Of a stretch of 64,000 bases of DNA, positions 12,289 through 23,402 are shown piece after piece. The position numbers were made by a program, and so were the translations under genes. Position 1 is the stretch's first letter. Each line of letters begins with the position of its first letter. The DNA is from Glaucostegus cemiculus (lineage: Eukaryota), in assembly GCA_976551045.1 (NCBI GenBank), contig CDPCPM010000259.1, forward strand, positions 496,001 to 560,000. The letters are read 5' to 3'. Below the pieces are notes generated by a model that was not told where the DNA came from, searched no databases, and saw only the letters and a program-made list of their open reading frames with translations.

Positions 12289-15200
12289 TGGCTAATTAAC
12301 AGCAGCCAATAAGGAAAAAGTAGGGTCAAACGGAGCAGCCATTGTTGGATTGGCCAGTGTTTGGGTGGGGAACTGGGGCTCTGGCTCAAAAGGTTTCAGC
12401 AAGAGGAGGCAGAGGCTAAGGCAAATCTCTGGTAAGTTTCTTTCTTTCTTTGATTTTTCCTTTAGTGCCAGGCTAGAATAGTTAGAATGGCTCCAAGGCC
12501 AGTGGTGTGCTCATCTTGAGATGTGAGAGTTCTGGGAGACCTCCAGTCTCCCTGATAGCTACAGCTGCACAAAGTGCATCTAGCTGCGGCTCCTTGCAGA
12601 CTTAGGGAACTGGAGCTGCAGCTGGACTGCCTTCAGATCCAATGGGTAAACGAGCTCATAGATGAGAGCTACAGGGAGGCAGTTACTCTTAAGCTGCAGG
12701 AGGCAGTTAGCTGGGTGACTATCAGGAGAAGGAAGGAGAATAGGCAGATAATGCAGAGTACACCTGGGGTCGTACCTTTGTACCTGTGAATAACAGGTAT
12801 ACCGCTTTGGGGGTGGGGGGTGACCTACCAGGAGAAAGCTACAGTGACCACAAGTGGGGAGAAGAGGAGAGCGGTAGTGTTAAGGGATTATTAGTAAGTG
12901 GGGCAGACAGGCGATTCTGTGGACGTGAAAAACACCCCCGGATGGTATGTTCGCCAGGGTCAGGGATGTCTCTGATTGGGCCCACAGCATTCTGAAGGGG
13001 GAGAGCGAACAGCCAGAAGTCGTGGTACATATTGGTACCAATGACGTAAGAGATGAGGTCCTGAAAATAGAATATAGGGAGCTAGATAGCTAGCTGAAAA
13101 GCAGGACCTCAAGGGTAGTAATCGCTGGATTGCTGCCTGTGCCATGTGCCAGTGAGGGTAAGAATAGTTTAATTTGCCAGATGTATGGGTGGCTGAGGAG
13201 TTGGGGCAGGGTTTCAGATTTGTGGATCATTGGGATCGCTTCTGGGGAAAATATGACCTGTACGAAAGGGACAGTTATACCTGAACTGGAGGGGGACTAA
13301 TATTCTTGTGGGCAGGTTTGCTAGAGCTGTTGGGGAGAGCTTAAACTAGTTTGGCAGGGGAATGGGAACCTGAGTGATGTTAGAGGTTGGTGCATTTAGT
13401 GTACAAGTAGATAGTGTGTAGAGAGACAATGAGGAAGGATAGGCAGTTGAAAGGGAAAAATTGCAGTCAGTTGGATAAGCTGAATTGTGTCTAATTTAAT
13501 GTGAGAAGTACCAAGGAACAAGGGAGATGAACTTAGAGCATGGGTAAGTATGTGGAACAATGATGTTGTAGCCATTATAGAGGCTTAGCTGTCACAAGGG
13601 CAGGAATGGCTGCTGGATGTTCCAGGGTTTAGATGTTTCAAAAGGGACAGGGAGGGAGGGAAAAGAGATGGGGGAGTGGCTTTGCTGATTAGGGACAGTA
13701 TAACAGCTGTAAAAAGGGAGGACATCCTGGAGGAATCATCTACTGAGTCAGTGTAGGTGGAAGTCAGAAACAGGAAGGGACTGATCACTTTATTGGGAGT
13801 ATTCTACAGAACCCCTCCCCCCCCCCCCCCCCCCCCCAATAGCAGCAGAGATACTGAGGAGCAGATTGGCTGGCAGATTTTGGAAAGGTGCAAAAAAATA
13901 GCAGGGTTGTTGTTATGGGTGACTTAAACTTCCCTAATATTGATTGGCACCTCAGTGTAAAGGGGAAAGATGGGGCAGAGTTTGTTAGGAGTGTTCAGGA
14001 AGGATTCCTCACACAGTATGTGGACAGGCCAATGAGAGGAGAGGCCAGACTGGACTTGGTACTAGGCAATGAGCCTGATCAGGTTGCAATGAGCCTGATT
14101 AGGTTTCAGATCTCTCAGTGGGAGAGCATTTTGGAGACAGTGACCATAACTCAACCTTTACCATAGCCTTGGAGAGAGATAGGTGCAGATGATATGGAGA
14201 AAGCATTTAATTGGGGGAGGAGGAATTATGATGCTATTAGGCAGGAACTTGGGAGCATAAATTAGGAACAGATGTTCTTGGGGAAGTGCACAGTGGAAAT
14301 GTGGAGCTTGTTTAGGGAGTACTTGCACGGGGTTGTGATAGGTTTGTCCTATTGAGGCAAGGTAAGGATGGCAGAGTGAAGGAACCATGGTTGACAAGAG
14401 ACATAGAATATCTTGTCAAGAGGAAAAAAAAAAGCTTAAGGTTTAAAAAGCAAGGATCAGACAGGGCTCTGGAGAGTTACAAGGTAGCCAAGAGAGAGCT
14501 TAAGAATGGATTTAGGAGAGCTAGAAGAGCTGGGAAGGCCTTGGCGAGTAGGATTAAGGAAAACCCCAAGGTGTTCCACACGTATGTGAAGAATAGGAGG
14601 ATGACTAGAATGAGGGTAGGACTGATCAGGGATGAAAAAGGAAAAATGCCCAGAGTCGGAATAAGTAGCAGAGGTCCTTAATGAATACTTTGCTTCAGTA
14701 TTCACCAGTGAGAGAGACCCTGATGTATGCCATCTTCACAAACAGCAGGCTGATGCATTAGAGCATGAAGAAAGAGGATGTGCTGGAACTTCTGAAAAAC
14801 ATTAGGATAGATAAGTCAATGGGGCCAGACAGGGTATATTCAAAGTTATGATGGCAAGTGAGGGAAGAGATTGAGTGACTTGGTGATGATCTTTGCATCC
14901 TCACTGGCCACAGGAGTAGTGCCAGATGATTGGAGGGTGGCAAATGCTGTTCCTTTGTTCAGGAAAGGGAGCAGGGATAACCCTAGGAGTTACAGACCAG
15001 TGAATCTTGCTTCAGTAGTGGGCAGATTACTGGAGAAGATTCTTAGAGACCAGATTTATGAGCATTTGGAGAAGCATAGACTGGTTAGGGACAATCAACA
15101 TGGCTTTATGAGGGGCAGGTTGTGCCTCATGAGCCTGATTGAATTCTTTGAGGATGTGACAAAGCACATTGATGAAGGTAGAGCAGTGGATGTTGTGTAC

Positions 15201-16232
15201 ATGGATTCTAGTAAGGCATTTGATGAGGTTCCTCATGGAGCTCATTCATTCAGAAAGTCAGGAGGCATGGTATTCAGGGAAACTTGGCTGTGTGGATTCG
15301 GAATTGGCTTGCAGATGGAAGGCAGAGGGTGGCTGTAGATGGAGCACATTCTGCCTAGAGGTCAGTGTTGTGGATAGTGTAGAAGATTGCTGTAGGTTAT
15401 GACAGGCCATTGATAGGATGCAGCACTGGGCTGAGAAGTGGCAGATGGAGTTCAATCCAGAAGAGTGAAGTGATACACCTTGGAAGGTTGAATTTGAAGG
15501 CAGAATACAAGGTTAATGACAGGACTCTTAGCGGTGTGGAGGAACAGAGTGATTTTGGAGTCCATGTCCATAGATTCCTCAAGGTTGCTGTGCAGGTTGC
15601 TAGGGTTGTTCAGAAGGCCTGTGGTGTTTTGGCCTTCATTATTTGGGGTATTGAGTTCAAGAGCCATGAGGTAATGTTGCACCTCTACAAAACTCTGGTT
15701 AGATCACACTTGGAGCATTGTGTTCAGTTCTGGTCACCTCATTATAGGAATGATGTGGAAGCTTTAGAGAGGGTACAGACAAGATTTACTAGAATGCTGC
15801 CTGGATTGGACAGCATGTCTTCTGAGGACTGGTTGAGTGAGCTAGGGCTTTTCTCTTTGGAGTGAAGGAGGATAAGAGGTGACTTGATAGAGGTGTATAA
15901 AGAGGCATAGATTGAGTGGATAGAGAGTCAGAGACTTTTCCCCAGGGCAAAAATTGCTAACACAAATGGGCATAATTTTAAGGTGATTGAAGGAAGGTAT
16001 GGGGGGGATGTCAGAGGTAAGTTTTTTTTTTACAGAGTGGTGAGTGCGTGGAATGCATTGCTGGCAGGGGTGGTGGAGGCAGATACATTCGGGATATTTA
16101 AGAGACTCTTAGGCACGTGAATGATAGAAAAATGGAGGGCTTTGTGGGAGGGAAAGGGTTAGATCGTAGAGTAGGATGAAAAGTCAGCACAACATCTTGG
16201 GCTGAAGGCCCTGTACTGTGCTGTAATGTTCT
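12289..16232 (+). mobile_element. Near full-length CR1 LINE, degraded (5'UTR, ORF1 zinc finger/SGNH esterase, ORF2 APE+RT, 3' tail)
   Basis: ORF1 motifs ELELQLD and VVVHIGTND (about 13018-13045); ORF2 motifs VVVMGDLNFPNIDW, PDDWRVANAVPLFRKG, QHGFMRGR and HLEHCVQFWSPH; tail ggccctgtactgtgctgtaatgttct; atgat on both flanks (12284-12288, 16233-16237). Confidence 0.92.
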
Positions 16233-17289
16233 ATGATCATGGGTGACTTTAATCTTTATTAGTTCAAACAAGTTTGAGTGTACTTGGGAAAGTGTCACAA
16301 AATATTATTGAAATAAACCTACTAAAACAGGCTTTTTGAGATTTGACCATGTGTAGAATTTCACATTCAATTGGAGAAGCTTTGTTCTGAAACTGGTATC
16401 TTGTATTTAAAGGCAGGTTTGACTGAAGTGAATTGAGGAAATGGATTACAAGATAGGATGGTTTTGGCTTCCATTGAGAAATTAAAACTGAGAAGGATGA
16501 TCCACCTGTAGTTGAGTTGTAACAAGAAGTACACAATGTTGCAAAAGTTAGTGGTAGGCAGAAGTTTGGGAAAATTGTCTTAATTAACAAAGGTTGACAT
16601 TTCTTCAAAAAAAAGTAGATTGAGAGTAAACCAGCAAGAAATATGAAAATGGATAAGATCTTCCGCAGTTATAAATGGAAGAGAATAGTTAAGTGAATGT
16701 TGTTTCCTTAGAGGAGGAAACTAGAGAGTTAATGGGCAATATTTTGATATCTCTAGTGGAAAGCATCCAAAAAACAGTAGAAAATCAGGAGAAGGGTTGC
16801 AAAAGGGAGAGAGGAACTTGTTAGCAATAAATGCAAATTAATTGAACTGAAGGTTGACAGTTCTGGACCTGATAGTTTATACCTTAGATTTGCAAGAGAA
16901 GGGACTTCATGAATGATAGATGCATTGATTATGGTTTTTCCAACTTTCTAGTTGGAGAAAGGTCCCAATGGACTGAAAAGCTGTAAATGTAACACCTTTA
17001 TTCAAGAAAGGAGAGAGAAAGAAAGCAGGAAACTACAGACAAGTTGGCTGACATCTTGTTGGGGAAAATGCTGGAATTCATTATTAAGGAAGTAGTAGCA
17101 GAATGTTTAGAAACTGTTTTATGAAAGGGAAATTGTGTTTAACAGGTTTATTAGAATTCGTTGAGGATGTACCAGCCAGGGTGAATAAAGGGGAATGTCA
17201 AAAGGCAATTACTTAAACTAAAGTTAGAGACAAAAAAAGGGAAAAATGACATCACTGGAGGAAAAAAAAAGAAAATTGTTATCTAAAAT

Positions 17290-17790
17290 TGTTAACTTCA
17301 TTATTTAGTCCCTGGTTGTGCAGTGTATTGAGAAAGTGAGATACTGTTCTTTGAGCTTATTTTGGATATCGTAGGATCAGAGGTCAGAGAGCGAGTGGGA
17401 CAGAAAAATAAAGTGGTAGGAGACTGAAAGCTCATAGCTTTCCTTGCAGACTGAATGGAAGTGTTTTGCAAACCATCACCCTGTCTGTGCCTGGTTTCCT
17501 CACTGAATGCCATAAACTAAATTGGAAGAAGTGCAAGTGATTTCCTTTTGCATCTGGAAGGAGTGTTTGAGTCACTGGATAGTGCGAAGAGAGAAGGTGA
17601 AAAGGCAGGGCTTTTACCTCCTGTTGTTGTATGGAAAAGTCCCACGACAAGGGTGTGGTTGGTGGAGATGGAAAGAGTGCATCAGGGAGTTAAAGGAATT
17701 TTCACCTTGGAATGCTGAAAAGAGAAGGGAGGGAAAGAGGTGTCTGATGGTGGAATCTGTTTGAAGTTGGTGGAAATTAGAGGATGATCC
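17290..17790 (-). mobile_element. Penelope-like element fragment (GIY-YIG endonuclease region)
   Basis: Minus strand reads ..CTSSNLVYGIQ.. then EETRHRQGD.., resembling Penelope CxSxNLVYxIxC..GETxRxLxxRF. Confidence 0.6.
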
Positions 17791-17859
17791 ATTAAATGTG
17801 GAGGGTGAATTTGGGGTGAGAGCAGAAGAGTGGGAAATAGAGAAGACGTAATTGAGAAC

Positions 17860-18660
17860 ACTGGCATAATGGCACAGCAGGAAATTATGGATGGCTTAGC
17901 CTGACAATTGATATTGGGGAAAATGTTGGAATTGATTATTAAGGAAGTAGCTGCCTCACAGTTCCAGTGGTTTGGGTTTGATCCAGACTTACTTTGCTCA
18001 GATTCGTAGTCATACACCATGGAAATGGGCCCTTTGGCCCACCAATTTACTCTGACTATCAAGCACCCATTTTATTCTGCTCACATTCTCATCTTCACCC
18101 AAAATTCCACCGCTCGTCTACACTCAAGGGGACAATTGACCTATCAACTTGCGTGTCTTTGTGAGTCCCACAAGAAGGGTGTGGTTAGTGGAGATGGAAG
18201 AGTGGATCAGGGAGTTAAGAAAGGAATTGTCACTTTGGAATGCTGAAAGGAGAAGGGAGGGAAAGAGGTGTCTGATGGTGACAGGGAACCAGGTGACATG
18301 GAAGAAACCTATTAGTCACAGGGAGAATATGCAAACTTAACACAGACAGTCCCGAAGGTAAGGTTGAACCCTAATTGCTGGAGCTGTGAGGGAGATGGCC
18401 GTACTGTCTGTGTGAAGTCTCTAGGCGATCATATGAGTTATCTCCAAGTGCTTTGGTTTTCTCTCTCAGCTCAATGACCTGCTAGTTGGTAGGTTAATTG
18501 GCTACAGTAAATTGCCCCTAGTGTAGGTGGGTTGCAGGAGAAACAGGAGAGAATTAGTGGTCATTTGAGAGAGAATGAGTTTCCAGGAAATAAATGGGGA
18601 GGGGGGGAGGGGAAGGAACCAGCATAGATTCTGGGCCAAATAGTCTCCTTGTATGTCATT
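17860..18660. mobile_element. Nested pair of old V-SINE-type elements: a + copy (17860-18000 and 18400-18660) interrupted by a - copy (18010-18400)
   Basis: Head ggcataatggcacagcag..gctgcctcacagttccag..gggtttgatcc; the body resumes at about 18400 (gttaattggctacagtaaattgcccctagtgtagg); the minus copy has gtcacagggagaatatgcaaact..ggttgaaccc. Confidence 0.6.
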
Positions 18661-19301
18661 CTGAAATGTGGAAAAATAATGAACAATGGTAAATGGTAGG
18701 CCACTTAAGGAAAAAGGAAAGCAGAAAGCAATGCAAAAGCACTGATATGGAAAAAACACAGAAACTGGCAGAATGGATGAAATCTTTACAGGAAGCAGTG
18801 TAGCAGGATGTGCATTGAAGACCGCTATGGGAATTGGGCCTATAATCAATGTTGGTAATTAACATATTTCTTGATAAAGATAGGGAAGAGTCAAAAGTGT
18901 TAGTGGAAGTGGGAGAAGGGTGGAAATTTGCAGCAAGGTAACGGAGTACTATAGAGGGAAATGTGAGGTTATTGGAGAAAGACTAAAGAATGCTGCTGTA
19001 CATAAGGATCTGGGCATTCTAACATATTAAGTTAGAAAATACAACAATTGGAAAGGCAGATGGAACTTTGCAAGAAGGTCAAAGGGTATGGAGTGTAAAA
19101 GGATGGAATTCTTGCTGCAATTATTGGCGAGACTACACCACACTCCAGGCTCAGTTTTTGTTTTATTTAAGGCAGGATAGGAATGTATTGGAAACAATTC
19201 AAAGAAGGTTCATTAGGTTAGTTCCTGATATGAAGGGGAATGGATGATGACCTTTTAGATTGGGCTTATACTAAGTGATCTCAGAAGAATATGGCCATCT
19301 T

Positions 19302-20300
19302 AACATAAAACACTACAGCACAGTACAGGCCCTTCGGCCCACAATGTTTTGCCAACATTTTATCCTGCTCTAAGATCTATCTAACCCTTCCCTCCCACAT
19401 AGCTCCCCATTTCTCTATCATTCATGTGTCTATCTAAGAGTCTCTTAAATGTCCCTAATGTATCTGCCCCCACAACCTCTGCAGGTAGTGTGTTCCACAC
19501 ACCCACCGCTCACTGTGTAAAAAAAAAAAAAAACCCTCCTGACATCTCCCTTATACCTTCCTCCAATCACCTTAAAATTATGTCCCCTCTTGTTAGCCAT
19601 TGTCGTCCTGGGAAAAAGTCTCTGACTGTCCACTTGATCTATGCTTCTTATCATCTTGTACACCTCTATCAAGTCACCCCTCATATTTTAATTTTAATTT
19701 CATAATTTTATTTACAGCATGGTAACAGGCCCTTTCGGCTCAATGAGTCCGCGCCGCCCATTTTAAACCCCCAAATTAACCTACCCGTACGTCTTTCAGA
19801 ATGTGGGAGGAAACCAGAGCACCCGGAGGAAACCCACACAGACACGAGAGAAGGTACAAACTTCTTACAGTCAGCGACGGGAATCGAACCCCAATCGCTG
19901 GCGCTGTAACAGCGTCGCGCTAACCGCTACGCTATTGTGCATCCTCCTCTCCAACGAGAAAAGCCTGAGCTCACTCAACCTATCCTCATAAGACGTGCTC
20001 TCCAGTCCAGGCAACATCCTGGTAAATCTCATCTTCACCCTCTCTGAAGATTCCACATCCTTCCTATGAGGCAACCAGAACTGAACACAATTCTCCAAGT
20101 GTGGTCTAACCAGAATTCTATAGAGCTGCAACATTACCTCATGGCTCTTGAACTCCATACCCCGACTAATGAAGGCCAACTCTCCATATGGCTTCTTAAC
20201 CCTATCGACCTGCGTGGCAACCTTGAGGGCTCTCTGGACCTGGACCCCAAGATCCTTCTGTTCCTCCACACTGCTAAGAGTCCTGCCATTAACCTTGCCT
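19302..20300 (-). mobile_element. 5'-truncated CR1, same subfamily as 12289-16232, interrupted by a SINE
   Basis: Minus ORFs KVNGRTLSSVEEQKDLGVQV, RPHLENCVQFW and MRGDLIEVYKM; reverse complement of about 15505-16235; possible tctt duplication at 19298-19301 and 20301-20304. Confidence 0.9.
19685..19940 (-). mobile_element. Young tRNA-derived V-SINE (HE1-like)
   Basis: On the minus strand: A box tagcgtagcgg, perfect B box ggttcgattccc (19879-19890), V domain gggtttcctccgggtgctctggtttcctcccaca and AT-rich tail; CpGs largely intact. Confidence 0.88.
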
Positions 20301-20862
20301 TCTTGAAACACTTAAGGTTGAGAAATCTTGACAGGGTTGAGGCTGAAGGAATGTTTCTCCCCAAGTGTCTGAAGAGAAAGGTAGAGGGACTAATCTACAA
20401 CTAGGGGTCATAGTTTCAAAATAAGGGGTTATCTATTTAAGATGGAGCTGATGAGGACTTACTTCTGAAGGTTGTGAACATTTGGAGTTTCTGCTCCAGA
20501 AAACTGTTATTGAATCAAGGCAGAAATTTTTCGACAAGTGAAGTTGAGGATTATGGAGTTGAGGCCAAGATCTTTTTGAATAATGGAAAAGGCTTAAGGC
20601 AGCATATGACCTACCCATGTTAGGAGCTGATGTACCCAACTAAGTGGGTTGTGTGCTTATTCTAATCAAACATTTGGTTGGATTTGTGCTGTTCCAGTCC
20701 AGCTCAGTCCTCTATTGTGACAGAATAATTTGCTTAATCTTACTGTATTGACTACTTTTTCCACAAGTGCATGGAAAAATTAATTGCCTGGCTGGAGTTG
20801 AGTTCTGATTGTAATCAGCTCTAATTTTATCCTTTTGATAGTTTCTGTTTTTGTCAATTCTC

Positions 20863-20881
20863 TGGCCACAAGGTGGCAGCA
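20863..20881 (+). promoter_or_regulatory. Candidate CTCF binding site
   Basis: tggccacaaggtggcagca closely matches the vertebrate CTCF core motif (CCASYAGRKGGCRS, one mismatch); motif evidence only. Confidence 0.45.
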
Positions 20882-21099
20882 AATATCTGGTAATTTCTTC
20901 AGGCAGTCAACTATTGGCACAGATTTTGCAGATGTTGGTCTGACATCTGTACTTGAATCCCAAGTTCTCTCCTCCATTGGGCATATTTAGCTGAACTTGG
21001 ATGGCTGATTTAGTTTCTCTGCAAGTCCTGGAGTGTGTGTAGTGGCAGGTCATTCAATGAAATGGGCAGGTAGACTAAGCTTTGCCAGTGAAAGATGGT

Positions 21100-21450
21100 T
21101 AAGAGCTGACAGACTCCACCCCACCTCTCTAGTTTATTGCTGTCGCAGCTGCCAATGTGTTTCAGTTTTTCAAATGTCTTGGTAATTACTCTTGTCTGCT
21201 TGATGAAGGTACTGTCATTTTGTTGATTTTGGAGTCACTGATGGTGAATGATGATCTATTTCCAAGTCTGATTGTGTCCAGCTTGGAGAGGAAACTAGAA
21301 GATGGACTTCTCATGTATCTACTATGGTTATTCTTGGTAAAGGCTGCAATTTTGGGAAGTGCTAATAAAGGAGCCTTGGTGAGTAACTAGTGCATTTTGT
21401 AAATGGTATGCATTGCAGTCATGGTGTGTTGGAGGGAGTGAATGTTTAGT
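21100..21450 (-). mobile_element. Ancient CR1-group LINE 3' fragment; related pieces at about 31560-31740 (+) and 59380-59830 (+)
   Basis: Reverse complement reads aaacattcactccctcc...accatttacaaaatgcactagttactcaccaaggctcc (NIHSL..TIYKMH..SPRL), similar to 59455-59535. Confidence 0.45.
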
Positions 21451-21457
21451 AAGGGTG

Positions 21458-21740
21458 AACATAGAACACTACAGCACAGTACAGGCCCTTCGACCCACAA
21501 TGTTGTGCCAACATTTTATCCTGCTCTAAGATCTATTGAACCCTTCCCTCCCACATAGCCCCCTATTTTTCTATCATTCATGTGTCTAAGTGTCTTAAAT
21601 GTCCCAAATGTATCTGCCCCCACTACCTCTGAAGGCAGAGCATTCCGCACGCCCACCATTCTCTGTGTAAAAAAAAATTATCTCTGACATCCCCTTTATA
21701 CCTACCTTTCAATCACCTTAAAATTATGTCCCCTCATGTC
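21458..21740 (-). mobile_element. Short CR1 3' end, same subfamily as 19302-20300
   Basis: Near-identical to 19302-19590 (aacactacagcacagtacaggcccttcg...aaattatgtcccctc). Confidence 0.88.
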
Positions 21741-22434
21741 AACACAGAAAGCATTGTTTGGTTTGGTTCATTTCAAGTGGGCTGTTTATTCTGGATGGTG
21801 TCATGTTTCTTGAGTGCTGGGGCAGGTTCCTTGTGCTGGAAGGTATGGTTCTATGACTTTGCGCATGTAAGACTTATTTGAATTGCTTGTGCGAGCACAC
21901 AGAATTTGAGTATTCTTTCCTAGATGTCTACAAGGATGACTCTGCAAAATTCACTAGGCTGGGAGTGATGTTACCACAAGTTTAGTGTTTAGGTTGTTGC
22001 TGGGTCGTCATACGGTATTTTTCTTTAAACTTATTGTGATTTAACATTGCAGCTTTGCAGCTGAGTGGTTTCCTAAGTAATTTTTAAGTGTCAGCCATTT
22101 TACTGTGGGCCTGGAATTCCATAATGGCTAGACTGGATAAGGATGTAATGTTTACATTCCCGAAGGACGCTAGCGAACCAGATGTTTTTATGGCAATTAA
22201 CACAGTTTTATGATGCTTCAAATTCCAGTTTATTTAACTAAATGAACTTAAATTCCCTGAGGTTAGGATTATGCACCTGGATAAATTTGAATGCTGCACA
22301 ATGTACTAGCATCCTGTTCCATTCTCCATGTACCAAGTCATCATTTCTGTACCAAACCAAATTTCATCCACTTCATCAAATTGCTCTGCAATCTAAATGC
22401 TCTCTGTCTGCAGCAATAATGCAGAGATGACGAT

Positions 22435-23402
22435 GGGTGACAGCTTAAAGTTCCTAGGTGTAAATATCACCAACAATTTGTCCTGATCCAGCCATGTGGA
22501 CACTGTGGCCAAGAAAGCACCCCAATGCTTCTATTTCCTCAGAAGGCTAAAGAAATTCAGCATGTCCCCAATGATTTTCAACAATTTTTACAGATGCAAC
22601 ACAGAAAGCATCCTATTTGGATGGATCACAGCTTGGAATAGCAACTGCCCTGTCCAAGACTTCAAGAAATTGCAGAGTTGTGAACTTGGCCCACTCCATC
22701 ACGCAAAACACCCTCCCCTCCATTGACTCTGTCTACACTTCCTGTTGCCTTAGGAAGGCAGCCAACATAATCAAGGACCCCTCTCACCCTGGTCATTCTC
22801 TCTTCTCCCCCTCCCATCAGGCAGAAGATACAAAAGTTTAAGAATACATTCCACCAGACCCAAGGATATCTTCTGTCCCACTGTTATCAGACTCTCGAAT
22901 AGACCTTTCTTGCACTAAAAGATGAACTCTCTTGATCTCTCAGTCTATTTGGGGGCGGCATGATAGCGTAGCGGTTAGCGCGACGCTGTTACAGCGCCAG
23001 CGATTGGGGTTTGATTCCCGTCGCTGACTGTAAGGAGTTTGTACGTTCTCCTGTGTCTGCGTGGGTTTCCTCCGGGTGCTCCGGTTTCCACCCACATTCT
23101 AAAAGATGTACGAGTAGGTTAATTTGGGGGTTTAAAAATGGGCGGCGCGGACTCGTTGGGCAGAAAGGGCCTGTTACCACCCTGTAAATAAAATTTAAAA
23201 AATTTTATCTTGTCATGGCCCTTGCATTTTATTTGTCAATCTGCACTGCACTTTCTCTGTAACTGCAACACTATTCTGCATTCTGTTTTACCTTTTTATA
23301 CTACTTTGAGGTACTTGTGCATGGAATGGTCTGTCTGGATGGCATATAAACACAAACATTTTACTGTATCCTGGTATATGTGACAGTAAACAAATTACCA
23401 AT
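22435..23402 (+). mobile_element. Rex1/Babar-like LINE 3' part, interrupted by a SINE at 22951-23206
   Basis: KFLGVNITNNL, KKAPQCFYFLRRLKKF, NFYRCNTESIL and IIKDPSHPGHSLF are characteristic of the Rex/Babar RT C-terminus; the 3'UTR resumes at 23207. Confidence 0.82.
22951..23206 (+). mobile_element. Young full-length tRNA-derived V-SINE (HE1-like)
   Basis: ggggcggc start, A box tagcgtagcgg (22964-22974), B box ggtttgattccc, V domain gcgtgggtttcctccgggtgctccggtttcc and tail taaataaaatttaaaaaattt. Confidence 0.9.

Larger units (their letters stand above)
12080..20640 (+). mobile_element. Old fragmented CR1 that hosts later insertions (pieces at about 12080-12288, 16233-17200, 18690-19301 and 20301-20640)
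   Basis: The pieces read consecutively: APE (AMI|MGDFNL across 12288/16233), RT (VTPLFKKG, NYR, VGKMLE), late RT, then the 3' end. Confidence 0.65.

Noticed and set aside
14066-14105. Short tandem or near-tandem duplications (also about 48929-48954, 49270-49316 and 51835-51909)
   Set aside because: Ordinary slippage products; no repeat-spacer array, so not CRISPR-like.
22951-23030. tRNA gene
   Set aside because: A and B boxes continue into a V domain and tail, and a second copy lies at 19685-19940, so it is a SINE head.
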